This document shows, piece after piece, positions 39,940-54,135 of a stretch of DNA of 64,000 nt. How positions within the stretch are numbered: the stretch's first letter is position 1; every line of letters begins with the position of its first letter. Source of the DNA: Octopus vulgaris (taxonomy: Eukaryota); the NCBI GenBank assembly GCA_951406725.2, contig OX597817.1, forward strand, positions 165,354,001 through 165,418,000, read 5' to 3'. Below the pieces are notes generated by a model. That model ran no database searches and was not told the origin of the DNA. It saw only the letters and a program-made list of their open reading frames with translations. The translations under genes and the position numbers were made by a program.

Positions 39940-40535
39940 TGGTTTCAAATTTTAGTAAAAGACCAACAGTTTGGGCGGAGGAGGGTGGGAGTTAAGTTGA
40001 TTACATCGAGCAGAGTAATCAACTGATGTGTTCTTTTTTTATCGACTTCAAATGGATAAAAAACAAAGTCGATCCCAGCGGAATTTGAACTCAGAACGTA
40101 AAGACATACGAAATACCTATTCCTTTATTACCCACAAGGGGCTAAACATAGAGGGGACAAACAAGGACAGACAAACGGATTAAGTCGATTACATCAACCC
40201 CCAGTGCGTAACTGGTACTTAATTTATCGACCCCGAAAGGATGAAAGGCAAAATCGACCTCGGCGGAATTTGAACTCAAAACGTAGCGGCACACGAAATA
40301 CCTATTTCTTTACTACCCACAAGGGGCTAAACACAGAGAGGACAAACAAGGACAGACTAACAGATAAAGTCGATTACATCGACCCCAGTGCGTATCTGGT
40401 ACTTAATTTATCGACCCCGAAAGGATGAAAGGCAGAGTCGAACTCGGCGGAATTTGAACTCAGAACGTAGCGGCAGACGAAATACCGCTAAGTATTTCAC
40501 CCGGCGTGCTAACGTTTCTGCCAGCTCACCGCCTT
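39940..40535 (-). mobile_element. Tandem multimer of SINE family A
   Basis: Head at ~40535 and repeated bodies. Confidence 0.85.
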
Positions 40536-40644
40536 GACTTGCGCTATATTGCGTTATAGAAGTACTAGAAGACTAAAGGTGTGACTAGTGCATTACATAG
40601 ATTTGAACCAGCATATTATTTTAGTAAAGCAGAAACTATCTTAG

Positions 40645-40716
40645 GCGTCGGTGGTGTAACGGTTAGCACGGTTGCCTTCCAAGCAGTCGGTCCGTGTTCG
40701 ACTCCCGGCCGACGCA
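40645..40716 (+). tRNA. tRNA-Gly (anticodon TCC at 40678-40680)
   Basis: 72-nt cloverleaf with acceptor stem GCGTCGG/CCGACGC+A, A box, TTCGA T-loop and a downstream T8. There is one T:C mismatch in the T-stem. Confidence 0.9.
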
Positions 40717-40727
40717 TACCTTGTGTC

Positions 40728-40735
40728 TTTTTTTT
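40728..40735 (+). terminator. RNA polymerase III oligo-dT terminator
   Basis: T8 run 11 nt downstream of the tRNA. Confidence 0.75.
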
Positions 40736-41336
40736 CTAATGGCGGTGCCCCAGCATGGCCACAGCCCGTGATCTGAAACTAGATGAAATATGAAATATAT
40801 TCTTTGGAATGAGTAGAAGACAATTTTATACAAGTGGTTGTGTAGTTTCTACAGCAGGTCGTGACAACAGAAGACCCGTAGCGTATACACCTTTTATTCT
40901 AAAAATGTTTGTATCGACGCAGGTATATCATTTTATCTTTTGCTTATTTTAGTCATTGGATTGCAGCCATGCTAGACCACTTTGGAGAGTTTATCTGCAC
41001 ACATCATCCCCAGTAGATATTTCTAAAGCTGGTACTGATTTTATCGGTCTCTTTTATTCAGACGCTAAGTTGCGGTTACATAAACCAATCAGCACCGGTT
41101 GACAAAGACAAAGACAAAGACACATTCATAGTTATATATAAGATCGGGACAGGAGAAGCTTGTCTATGAACTAAGTGCTGCAAGCTTGAATACAACATTC
41201 ATTTTACATCACTACACAACACTTGGGTGCCTTTAGCAAAGAGCAGTCTATAGCAAGCTTTTAGATCTGGTTTCCAATATGAAGGTACAGTCGCCCTTTC
41301 TCTCATCAGACTCGGAGCTTCTCCAAAGGTAATGCG

Positions 41337-41378
<42 letters not shown>

Positions 41379-41847
41379 AATATTAAAATAACTAAGTCTC
41401 TCTAAAAGAGAACAGCGGCAGCGTTCCCGGAAAATAATAGTTATCGCCATACTAATATGGCATTCTTATAAAAATAAGAAAAAAGCTGTCCGCTTATTAG
41501 CTCCATGAGGCCATCGCCTTAAGTTAGCTATTTGATACACAAACTGTATCCATATAACCTTCGAACAAGGGAGGTCAGTCGCTCAGTTTGTGTATCAAAT
41601 AGCTAACTTAAGGCGATGGCCTCATGGAGTTAATAAGCGGACAGCTTTTTTCTTATTTTTATAAGAATGCCATATTAGTATGGCGATAACTATTATTTTC
41701 CGGGAACGCTGCCGCTGTTCTCTTTTAGAGAGACTTAGTTATTTTAATATTTCTATTATTGAAAACAAGTGGATGTATTCCACTGAAACTAGGTAAATAA
41801 AACCATCGAACAGAGATTGTCGGAAGCGACACCTACTGGCTGGCTAC

Positions 41848-41889
41848 GCTGCATTGAAAAGGGGCAATACCCCGAAACGCGTCTGTAGC
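41848..41889 (+). ncRNA. Type I hammerhead ribozyme, U3-A8 core variant (copy 1)
   Basis: GCTGCA-TTGAAAA-GGGG caata CCCC-GAAA-CGC-GTC^TGTAGC. Stem III is the palindrome ACGCGT. Confidence 0.75.
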
Positions 41890-42197
41890 TGCCGGTCAAG
41901 TAGTGTGGAGCGACTGACCTCCCTTGTTCGAAGGTTATATGGATACAGTTTGTGTATCAAATAGCTAACTTAAGGCGATGGCCTCATGGAGCTAATAAGC
42001 GGACAGCTTTTTTCTTATTTTTATAAGAATGCCATATTAGTATGGCGATAACTATTATTTTCCGGGAACGCTGCCGCTGAGAACTTAGTTATTTTAATAT
42101 TTCTATTATTGAAAACAAGTGGATGTATTCCACTGAAACTAGGTAAATAAAACCATCGAACAGAGATTGTCGGAAGCGACACCTACTGGCTGGCTAC

Positions 42198-42238
42198 GCT
42201 GCATTGAAAAGGGCAATACCCCGAAACGCGTCTGTAGC
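42198..42238 (+). ncRNA. Type I hammerhead ribozyme, U3-A8 core variant (copy 2)
   Basis: Identical to copy 1 except for one fewer G in stem II. Confidence 0.68.
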
Positions 42239-42404
42239 TGCCGGTCAAGTAGTGTGGAGCGACTGACCTCCCTTGTTCGAAGGTTATATGGATACAGTTT
42301 GTGTATCAAATAGCTAACTTAAGGCGATGGCCTCATGGAGCTAATAAGCGGACAGCTTTTTTCTTATTTTTATAAGAATGCCATATTAGTATGGCGATAA
42401 CTAT

Positions 42405-42474
<70 letters not shown>

Positions 42475-42795
42475 GTGTAAATGATTTTAGTTTTCATTCA
42501 CTTTCAGAATTACACCAATTAGTGGCTTGGAGTTTAACTGCTCTTTCTAATGAGTCAGATATCCTACTTTTTGGTTATCTCTTATGTGTTTGAATGTACA
42601 CTGTATTCTTCTCTGAATATATATAAATTATATATAAGGAGAATTCACAAAAAACAAAAAACAAAAGACGAAGACAGGTGATGTAGACAACAAACAGATG
42701 AATTAGTATAACGCTCGGGAAGTGAAAAAGTATTTAATATTTCGAGCCTACGCTCTTCCACAGAAAGGAAGAAAGAAACAAGGAGTGAAAATAAA

Positions 42796-42842
<47 letters not shown>

Positions 42843-42968
42843 AGAGTAAAAAAGGGAGACAGAGACGATAAGAAAAAAGGAAAATGTCCCTCAGATTTGA
42901 AAACTATGAGAATATTTTTTTTATATATTTCATTTAATTTTTCCACAATTTAATTGTCTTTCATGCTT

Positions 42969-43015
42969 CACTCTAAGTTGAAAAAGTCGCAATGACTGAA
43001 ACCGGTACCAAAGTG
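42969..43015 (+). ncRNA. Hammerhead ribozyme, U3-A8 variant with eroded stem I
   Basis: TTGAAAA-AGTC gcaat GACT-GAAA-CCG-GTA^; stem III is the palindrome ACCGGT. Confidence 0.6.
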
Positions 43016-44504
43016 TTCTTCATGATAAAATTATTTTAGCATTTTCTACCTTGTCTTATTTTCCTTATATATATATATATATATATATAGCATCTGAAAT
43101 ATGTTAATTAGTTTTAATTATATTGGTTAGCATAATATGAACACGATGCAGGTGAGGTTATGTGGTTAGAAGTTTGCTGCTTGGTTTCAGTCTCACGGCC
43201 TGGCATCTTGAGCAAGTGCTTTCTACTATAGGCCAACAAAAGCCATCTGATCGGATTTGGTTGACGGAAACTGAAAAACGCGTCATATACATGGAGAATT
43301 TTCTCTCACCAAAAATATTACAAGCACTATCATATCGCTGTTTTATATCCTCTCTCTGTACTCTTGTACATTTGTTAAATCAATTTCTGCTCAAAAGAAG
43401 AGGTAAGCTGTATGTAATTTATATCTAAATCCGATTAATCCACGCATTACGCTTTCAGTCTGCTTACAGCGCTTCCATCACAGAATCTAACACAAGACAG
43501 TGTGTAAAATTCTATTGGCAGAAGCGCCATTCTCTGGAGGTCTTTCTCTGTTCATGTTCTCATCTCTACAGTTATCATCAATGTGCAGAATCCAAAGTTG
43601 AACGTTGATTGGGTTCCCCTAACGCAAGAAAGAACACCCGCCAAATTGAAGCTATTGTTCCTAGTCTTGCTACAAAAATATGTAAGATGATATCTATTCC
43701 CCTTGAAATATTGGCTTCAAATTTTGGCATAGGGAGAGCACATTTTGGAGAGGGAATAAGTCGATTATATTGAACCCAGTGTCTAACTGGTATTTAATTT
43801 ATCGACCCGAAAGGACGAAAGGCAGATTCAAATTCGGCGGAATTTGCACTTAGAACGTAAAGATGTACGAAATGCCGTGAAGAAATTTTCCCGGCGTGCT
43901 AACGATTCTGCCAGCTCGCCATTTTGACAGATTATTTTAGATAACATAACAAGCTTATGACACAACAAGCTTGTATGACACAGCAAGCTTATCTTCAGAA
44001 CATTCCGTTTATTGAGCACCATCATTATTATATATATACTTTTAACTTCAGTCTAAATAAACATGCGAAGCAAAATTGTAAGTAAAGCGAGAGATAATAG
44101 ATGCAAATGCCATTCCAGAACATTGAGTAACTAAATAAAAATCTAAAGCCACATATATATAGAAAATGTTAACTCTTTAAATTTATGAAGTTTCATAAAT
44201 ACCAAAATTATTAGTCATACAAATTCATACAGTTGTACATACACAACACTGCTTGTAAAACTGAAGAAAATAATCGGGGTTTGTGAAGAGAGTGTGAAAC
44301 AACTATTGATAAGCAACAAGATATATGTTTACTATTTCAAATATTTAATTTCAATAAAAATAATTTAACCAAAAACGTATCTATTTAATTGCCTCATATA
44401 GAGCCTATCTATTTATCCAAAATCAACAGGCTGCCGTATCTCTATCTATTCATTCAACTACAACAGGCGGTACTTATGTGTGTCCGGCTCATATATTTTC
44501 AGAC

Positions 44505-45151
<647 letters not shown>

Positions 45152-45499
45152 GCCATGAGTACCGGCCCAATAACAACAGCTTCTGTGTGTCTATCTATCT
45201 GTTTAGTAACAATCCACGTCTATCACATACACATGTTTATATTTATATGTGTGTGTGTGTGTGTGTGTACTATGTATATATGTGTGTGTGTGTTATGTAT
45301 ATATTATGTGTGTGTGACTGTGTGTGCAATCAAAATTTTAATCTGTGTCTAACTCTCTAGCAGCTATACAATCTCTATGTATTTATCTAAGCATAACATG
45401 CTGTGGGCAATGGATATCCCATCAATGTCAACACAAAATGCTTAACCATACAATGTTCCTCAAAAAAATCAATATACTACATATATTCAGTTGGCATAT

Positions 45500-46045
45500 A
45501 CTCTTTTACTCTTTTACTCTTTTACTCTTTTACTTGCTTCAGTCATTTGACTGTGGCCATGCTGGAGCACCGCCCTTAGTCGAGCAAGTCGACCCCAAAA
45601 GACTTATTCTTTGTAAGTCTAGTACTTATTTTATCGGTCTCTTTTTGCCGTAAGCACACCAGCATCGGTTGTCAAGCGATATTGGTCAGAGACTTTAGCA
45701 CGCCGGGCGAAGTGTTTCGCGGTATTTCGCCCGTCGCTACGTTCTGAGTTCAAATTCCGCCGAGGTCGACTTTGCCTTTCACCCTTTCGGGGTCAATAAA
45801 TTTAGTACCAGTTACGCACTGGGGTCGATGTAATCGACTTAATCCGTTTGTCTGTCCTTGTTTGTCCCCTCTATGTTGAGCCTCTTGTGGGTAATAAAGA
45901 AACAGATATTGGGTGGACAAACACAGACACACGAACATATACACACACATAAATATATATATATATATATATATAAATTAGTAATGCAATACTAGAGTAT
46001 TTCCAGTAAATATCGGTACTTCGTTGTGCCATATATTTACTTCTT

Positions 46046-46097
<52 letters not shown>

Positions 46098-46215
46098 TAC
46101 GACGGGCTTCTTTCAGTTTCAGTCTACCAAATCCATTCACAAAGCTTTGGTCGGCCCGAGGCTATAGTAGAAGATACTTACCCATGGTGCCATGCAGTGG
46201 GACTGAATCCGAAAC
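45500..46215 (-). mobile_element. SINE family B interrupted by a plus-strand family A copy (45686-45903)
   Basis: GATATTGG is duplicated on either side of the nested copy. Confidence 0.8.
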
Positions 46216-46219
46216 CATA

Positions 46220-46470
46220 CGTAATGAAGAGCAATAAAAATATTTTAAAATACATGTCAAGTCAAATATATGCAATTGGAAAACGAAATATTATCAACGT
46301 TTCGGATAAAGATCTTTTTCTCAAGTTGGAAAAGAAAGATATGAAAAACATAGAGAACTATTGAGAAATGTCCAGTTATTCTATCCAGATTACAAGTTCA
46401 GGTTTATTCTTGTAATTACTGGGGTCCTGGGATATGTAACAAACTGCCTAAATACCAATCTTGAAAATCC
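46220..46470 (+). mobile_element. RLE-type non-LTR fragment (same family as 48062-48960)
   Basis: Translates to LRNVQLFYPDYKFRFILVITGVLGYVT. Confidence 0.7.
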
Positions 46471-47927
46471 TATTATTATTAGCGAGGGTAAAGGAAAGAC
46501 TCAGTTGATTGTGCTGTTTCTATGTTGGAACGAATGGAGGTAAAATCTGAACCTAAATGTCCCTTTCTCAAAGAAAGGAAATGAATGAAAAGTAAACAAA
46601 AAGCAAGTGCTGATACATGTGCGCACGTGTAGGTATGTGTGTGTGCGTGCGTGCGTGCGTGCGTATGTGTGTGTGTGTATCTGTGTATGTGTATGTGTAG
46701 ACGAGCGCAAAATAATATGTGTCCAAGGAAATCGTTCGTAAGTGAATGCGCAGAGAAAAGATCGAATACTGTTCACGAACTAGTCGAATTTAACCGATAG
46801 CGCTGGAGTACACCAAATGCATTCAAGATAGTGGGAGTAATATGCGAATTTGAAATTGATTGCAACTGGTTTAAGTGATTTGTTATTATTGCAACGTACA
46901 TGATGCAACGGCACTCTGAACAAACCAATCAAGTTACAGTCTTTCTCCCCTATATACGAGACATTGCAAGTTTGCTTTTAATGCTATAAAAATATGACTG
47001 GGAGTACAGGGAAGAGTCATTCTGTTTTAATGCCTTATTAATTAACACATTCACCGGTTCGACTTCCACCCATTTACCTACTTATTTTTTTCTGTATATT
47101 CTCTTGTATCTGGGGAGAGTCATTTTCTTTTTGTGCCTTATGATTTAACACACTCACCGGTAAAAATTTCCACTTATTTCTTATTTGAGTCTTGCAACCT
47201 TTTCAACAGTCTATATATTGCAATCCATAAATATATAAAAATAATTTAAATAGCTGTGTGGTAAGAAGCTTGCTTCCCAACCACATGGTTCCGGGTTCAG
47301 TTCCACTGCGTGGCACCTTGGGTAAGTGTCTTCTACTGTATCCTCGGGCTGATCAGAGCCTCGTGAGTGGATTTGGTAGACGGAAACTGTCGTATATATG
47401 CAAATATATATATATATATGTGTGTGTGTATGTGTGTGTGTGTGTGTATGTGTGTGTGTGTGTGTGTGCATGTGTGTTTGCTCCCCATCACCGTTTGACA
47501 ACCGGTGCTGGTGTGCTTACATCCACGTAAGTTAGTGGTTCGGCTACAGAGACCGATAGAATAAGTACCAGGCCTATAAAAAGTAAGTACTGGGGTCGAT
47601 ACATTCGACTAAAAGTTCTTTAAGGATATGCCCCAGCATGGCCACAGACTAATGGCTGAAACAAGTAAAAGATAAAAAAATAAGGTACAGAAAATTAACT
47701 ACATATAGATATAAGCCCTAAAATTTGAATTTTAGTATACTTTATAGCCATTATTGGCCCAGGCCATGTCTACTTAATAGCACCTTCACATATTTTTAAT
47801 ATATAGCCTTACATTGTTCATGGCTGACCCAGTGAAATTTTGCGGCACATTAGTGTATAGTGGGATATCTGGGAGCTTCTGTTCCCCAGGTTTAGTCCAT
47901 CTTCAGTTTATAAGTATAACCAATCCG

Positions 47928-48960
<1,033 letters not shown>

Positions 48961-49061
48961 CATACATACATACATACATACATACATACATACATACATA
49001 CATACATACATACATACATACATACATACATACAATATATACATACATACATACATACATA

Positions 49062-49095
<34 letters not shown>

Positions 49096-49979
49096 ATATG
49101 TTTGTGTGTCTGTGTTTGTCCCTCTACATTGCTTGACAACCGATGCTGGTGTGTTTATGTCCCCGACACTTAGCGGTTCGGCAAAAGAGACCGATAGAAT
49201 AAGTACTGGGCTTACAAAGAATAAGTCCCGGGGTCGATTTACTCGACCAAAGGCGGTGCTCCAGCATGGCCGCAGTCAAATGACTGAAACAAGTAAAAGA
49301 GTAAAGAGTAAAGAGGTACATACATACATACATACATACATACATACATACATACATACATACATACATACATACATACATGTACGCGACTTTATCGAAG
49401 TTCCACTCACAAGGCATTGGTGAGATCGAGGCTTTAGTAAAAGACACTTGCTCAAGACACTTCCGCGCAGTGGGATTGAATACGAAACGGCATGGCTGCA
49501 AAGTGAGCTTTCTAACTAATAGTTTAATCATATATTTCATGTAAATGGTATGTATAAATATATGAATATTATTTATATAGACTCAACTTGAGTATGTAAT
49601 GAGTAACTTGTCTTTGCAATTATCAGATGCGCAGGCGTGGTTTGGTGATAAGAAACTTGCTTTCCAACCAAATGGCTCAGAGTTCAGTCCCACTGCGTGA
49701 TACCTTGGGTTAGTGTCTTCTTGTATAACCTAGGGCCAACCAAAGCTTTGTGTGTGGATTTGGTAGACGGAAACTGAAGGAAGCCCGTCGTGTATGTGTA
49801 TGTATGTGTGTGTATGAGTGTGTGTGCGTGCGCGCGGGTGGGCGTATGGGATTATGCCTGTGCTCACCCCCCGACTACTGCTTGACAACCAGTACTGGTG
49901 CGTTTACGTCATCATAACTTAGCGGCTCGTCAAAATACGCAGATACAATAAGTACCAAACTTTTGAAACAGAAGTACGG

Positions 49980-50025
<46 letters not shown>

Positions 50026-50087
50026 TGATTTTGATTTTTCCAGTTTCAGCTAATGAGCTGTGGCCATGCTGGGGCACCGCCATTTGT

Positions 50088-50118
<31 letters not shown>

Positions 50119-50425
50119 ATTCTTTACTGCCCACAAGGGGCTAAATATAGAGGGGACAAACAAGGACAGACGAAGGGATTGAGTCGATTGCATCGCCCCC
50201 AGTGCGAAACTGGTACTTTATTTATCGACCCCGAAAGGATGAAAGGCAAAGTCGACCTCGGCGGAATTTGAACTCACAACGTAACGACAGACGAAATACC
50301 GCTAAGCATTTCACCCGGCGCGCTAACGTGTCTGCCAGCTAGCCGCCTTTTTAGTCGAATATGTGTATGTATGTATGTATGTACATATATATATATGTAC
50401 GTATGTAGATACACACACATCACAA

Positions 50426-50460
<35 letters not shown>

Positions 50461-51161
50461 TACATACATACATACATACATACATACATACACATATTCG
50501 ACTAAAAATTCTTGAAGGCAGTGCCCCAGACTGACCGCAGTCTAATGACTGAAACAAGTAAAATATAGAAGATCAGCCTTATACGATTTACATAACCATA
50601 TAAAGACGATGGCCTTCATATTATATTCGACTCAGTATCATTGATTTTAAGAGATGCCACAGTTTAAATTTTCAAAGAACCCGTTATATGGTACTTTCTT
50701 TATTCAGGGTGTACACAAAAAACTGAATACTGATTTAATAAAAGGTGTACGTATAAGTAACCCCCACCACCACCACCACCTTCCAGCTTTTCTTAATGTG
50801 GAAACATTTGTGAAGGTTTAGGCGTGTCCAGGTTCATGTTTTATAACCCATGTGGTTGATTGTATCTCAAGTATGTTGACTGAACGCTAACAAAATATAA
50901 GGGAAGTAACTTTTTATGTCTTCGGCGGTCAGCGCCAGTTTACATAGCGCTATTTTTTAACGGTGAGATAACGGCGTTAACCGAGGCTGGGGAGGTGTGG
51001 TGTTAAGTAATGTGTGTGTGTGTGTATGTGTACGTGTGTGTATGTGTGTGTGTGTGTATGCGTATGTATGTGAATGAATATCAGTGAGTCAGCTTCTATA
51101 TTTGTTTATGTGAGTAGGCCAATGTCTGTCAGTGTGCATGCGTGAGTATAGTGTGTGTAAG

Positions 51162-51229
<68 letters not shown>

Positions 51230-51671
51230 TGTGTGTGTGTGTGTGTGTATCTCTCTGCTTCTCTATGTGCGTGTGTGCGTTTGTGTGTGTATATGTGTGA
51301 ATGTGTATGACTGTAAGTGTGCGTGTTCATACGTGTATATATGTATGTATGTATGTATTTATGTATGTATGTATATGTGTGAGAGCATGTATGATTCTTT
51401 TTTTTTTTTTTTTGGTGATTTGAGTGCGTATATTTGCGTGTTCACGTTTCTGCATGTATGTATGTATGTACACATACACATACATACACAGACACACACA
51501 TAACGACAATCATACACCGACATAGACACATATGCAGGCAGTTATACATATATACGTATATATGCATCCCTGTATGTATATATGTATGCGCGTATGTAGA
51601 CATGCTCACCCATACAAAAACACACATATATATGTACGTATGCATGTATGCATATACATATACACATATAC

Positions 51672-51707
<36 letters not shown>

Positions 51708-51977
51708 TTGTGTATGTGTGTGTATGTATGTATATATAGGTGCACCTTTGTTTCTCTGCATACAAGTATGTATGCAAATATACACACAGATACACAAACA
51801 TATATATATATATATATATGTGTGTGTAAGTGTATATATGCATCCCTGTGCGTATATATGAACGTTATACTCGGACATACACAATCACCCACTCATATGT
51901 ATACATGTATATATGCACGTACGCACGTCGTATATATGTATTTATGTATGTTTCTATGTATGTATGTATGTATGTAT

Positions 51978-52990
51978 ATCATTCCTTAGTTTTATTTCAC
52001 GATTTCTTGCCAATTGTGAAAGAAGCGGTTTCGAACCTGGATTCAATGCTCCTTCGTTGGAATTTCAACTTCAACTACAGAGTATTTTTGTTTGTATGTA
52101 TGTATGTATGTATGTATGTATGTATGTATGTATGTATGTATATGTGCAGATTTGTATGTTGTATGTATGTCTTTTCATGCATATAGTTGCATATCTAGAC
52201 ATGCTCATATATACATAAATGGTAAACTTCAGGAAAGTTTTATAGATTTTTACAGTTCCAGTGTTGGATTTGATCTGTAGTCTTCGAATTAGCTTTCTCC
52301 TTTCTAGATTTGAGAAGCCTAATTTCTCTAGTTTGGGATCTAGGCAGTATGTTACTTATCCCTGGGCCCCAATAATTACAGGTATAAACCTGAACTTGTA
52401 ATCTGGATATAGTAAATGCCGATTTCTCAATAGTTCAACATAGGTATTCTCATTTTCACTAATCTTCATCTCTATGTTAACATCCGCAGGGCAGCTAATT
52501 TCCACAACTGTGCACAGTTTCTCTTCTCTATCCCAAATCATGAAATCATGACTGTTGTGCTTACATTTCATTGAGGTCTACTCTGGGACATTCTACTTGT
52601 CCACCTTTTTATTATGAGTGGCTATGGCAAGGCGGCAATCTGGCAGAATCGTTAACACGCCGGGCGAAATACTTAGCGATATTTCCTCTGTCAAGACGTG
52701 TTGAGTTCAAATTCCGCCGGGGTCGACTTTGCCTTATATCCTTTCTGAGTCGATTAAATAAGTACCAGTTACGAACTGGGTTCGATGTTATCGACTTAAT
52801 CCATTCCCCTAAATTTGAGGCATTCTGCTCCCAGTAGAAAGGATAAGTGGCTATGGCTTCTACAACACTGTAGGTTTCTATTTCTTTGTCTTCGGGGTTA
52901 TCCTTCCGACGGATTTCATTATAGTGTGTCATAGCTACAACATCATGTCTCATTAGTACCGTGATGACATTTTCGGACGACTGCGTATGA
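51978..52990 (-). mobile_element. Second decayed copy of the same RLE family, interrupted by a family A SINE (52629-52845)
   Basis: MRHDVVA..., IWDREEKLCTVVEISCPAD. The nested SINE has a TSD AGTGGCTATGGC (52617-52628 and 52846-52857). Confidence 0.85.
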
Positions 52991-53557
52991 TGTGGGTGAT
53001 ATATTCGGTGTGTGTGTATATGTATGTACGTACGTACGTGTGTATGTATAAGTGCCTATTTTTTTGTATGCGTGTATGTTGCTAGGCTGCCTGTTTTTCA
53101 AAGGACAGAGAAGAACCTCTGTGTATTTGCATTTATGAGTGAGAGGTATTTCTTTTTTATTTTCTAAGTATAACTCTTTGTGAATATGATCGCCAGATGT
53201 CATTAAAGTTTTTTATGGCACTTTATAGATTTATGAGTTTTGGGGTTTACTTGTATGAGCGCGCGTTTCTCGTATATGGAAATGTGTGTATGTTTATGTG
53301 TGCGTTTGTGTGTGCGCGTATGTGTGTGTGTGTGTGTGTGTGTGTTGTGTGTGTGTGTGTGTGAGTAGAAAGGGTTGTGTGGGACGAATAATTATTGGAG
53401 GAATTCATGCCAGTTAATATCTGTGAAGTGACGAAAGTGTGACTTGTTTTAAGAGACGCAACGAGGAATATCAATCTTGTTCATGTAATTTAGCACCAAG
53501 TCATTTCTGTCCAAGCTGATCTTCGATTAATGGAGTTCTAACTGTGAATATCCGCTC

Positions 53558-53590
<33 letters not shown>

Positions 53591-53682
53591 TAAATAAATA
53601 AAACATATGCATATATACATACATATATGTACGTACCTACCTCTACATGTATATATACATGCATATATGGGTACATATATCA

Positions 53683-54135
53683 ATTAGAAATAAACCACGT
53701 TTTATCAATTCAAAATGAAAAATTAAATTAACCATCTAGAAAATTACATATAATAGAAATATTAAATATAAGATAAAAAATAATATACCGATGATTAAAT
53801 AATGTGCAAAATAAGATTATTTGCGTATATTAATTAATCAATTAATTAATGTATTATTGTAGTTATTTTTAACCTGATGAGTGGCTATATTTATATTGAA
53901 GTGATTTTACTACTACTACTATTTTTACTATAATCATTTCTTAAATACAGCCACGAAACACGTGTCATTATTTTACCAAATATATACGTTTTATTTATTA
54001 TTTTGCACATTACTTAATCATCGGTAATTGATAAAAGGTGGGTTTTTTCTAATATTATATTTTGTGAAATTTGATTTAGTATTTCTAAATTGAATTTTTC
54101 CCTGTAAGTTTGGAATAATATTCCCTCAATTTATA
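53683..54135 (+). mobile_element. Penelope pLTR-like element with inverted 5' segment and HHR (core 53874-53966)
   Basis: CTGATGA-GTGGCT..AGCCAC-GAAA-CACGT-GTC. Inverted blocks at ~53787-53814 and ~53998-54026. Confidence 0.7.

Larger units (their letters stand above)
41372..42408 (+). mobile_element. Non-autonomous Penelope-like / retrozyme-like element: inverted 5' segment plus ~2.3 tandem ~350-bp units, inside (TA)n
   Basis: Units begin CAGTTTGTGTATC at 41584, 41946 and 42295; 41372-41584 is an inverted copy; each full unit holds one HHR. Confidence 0.8.
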
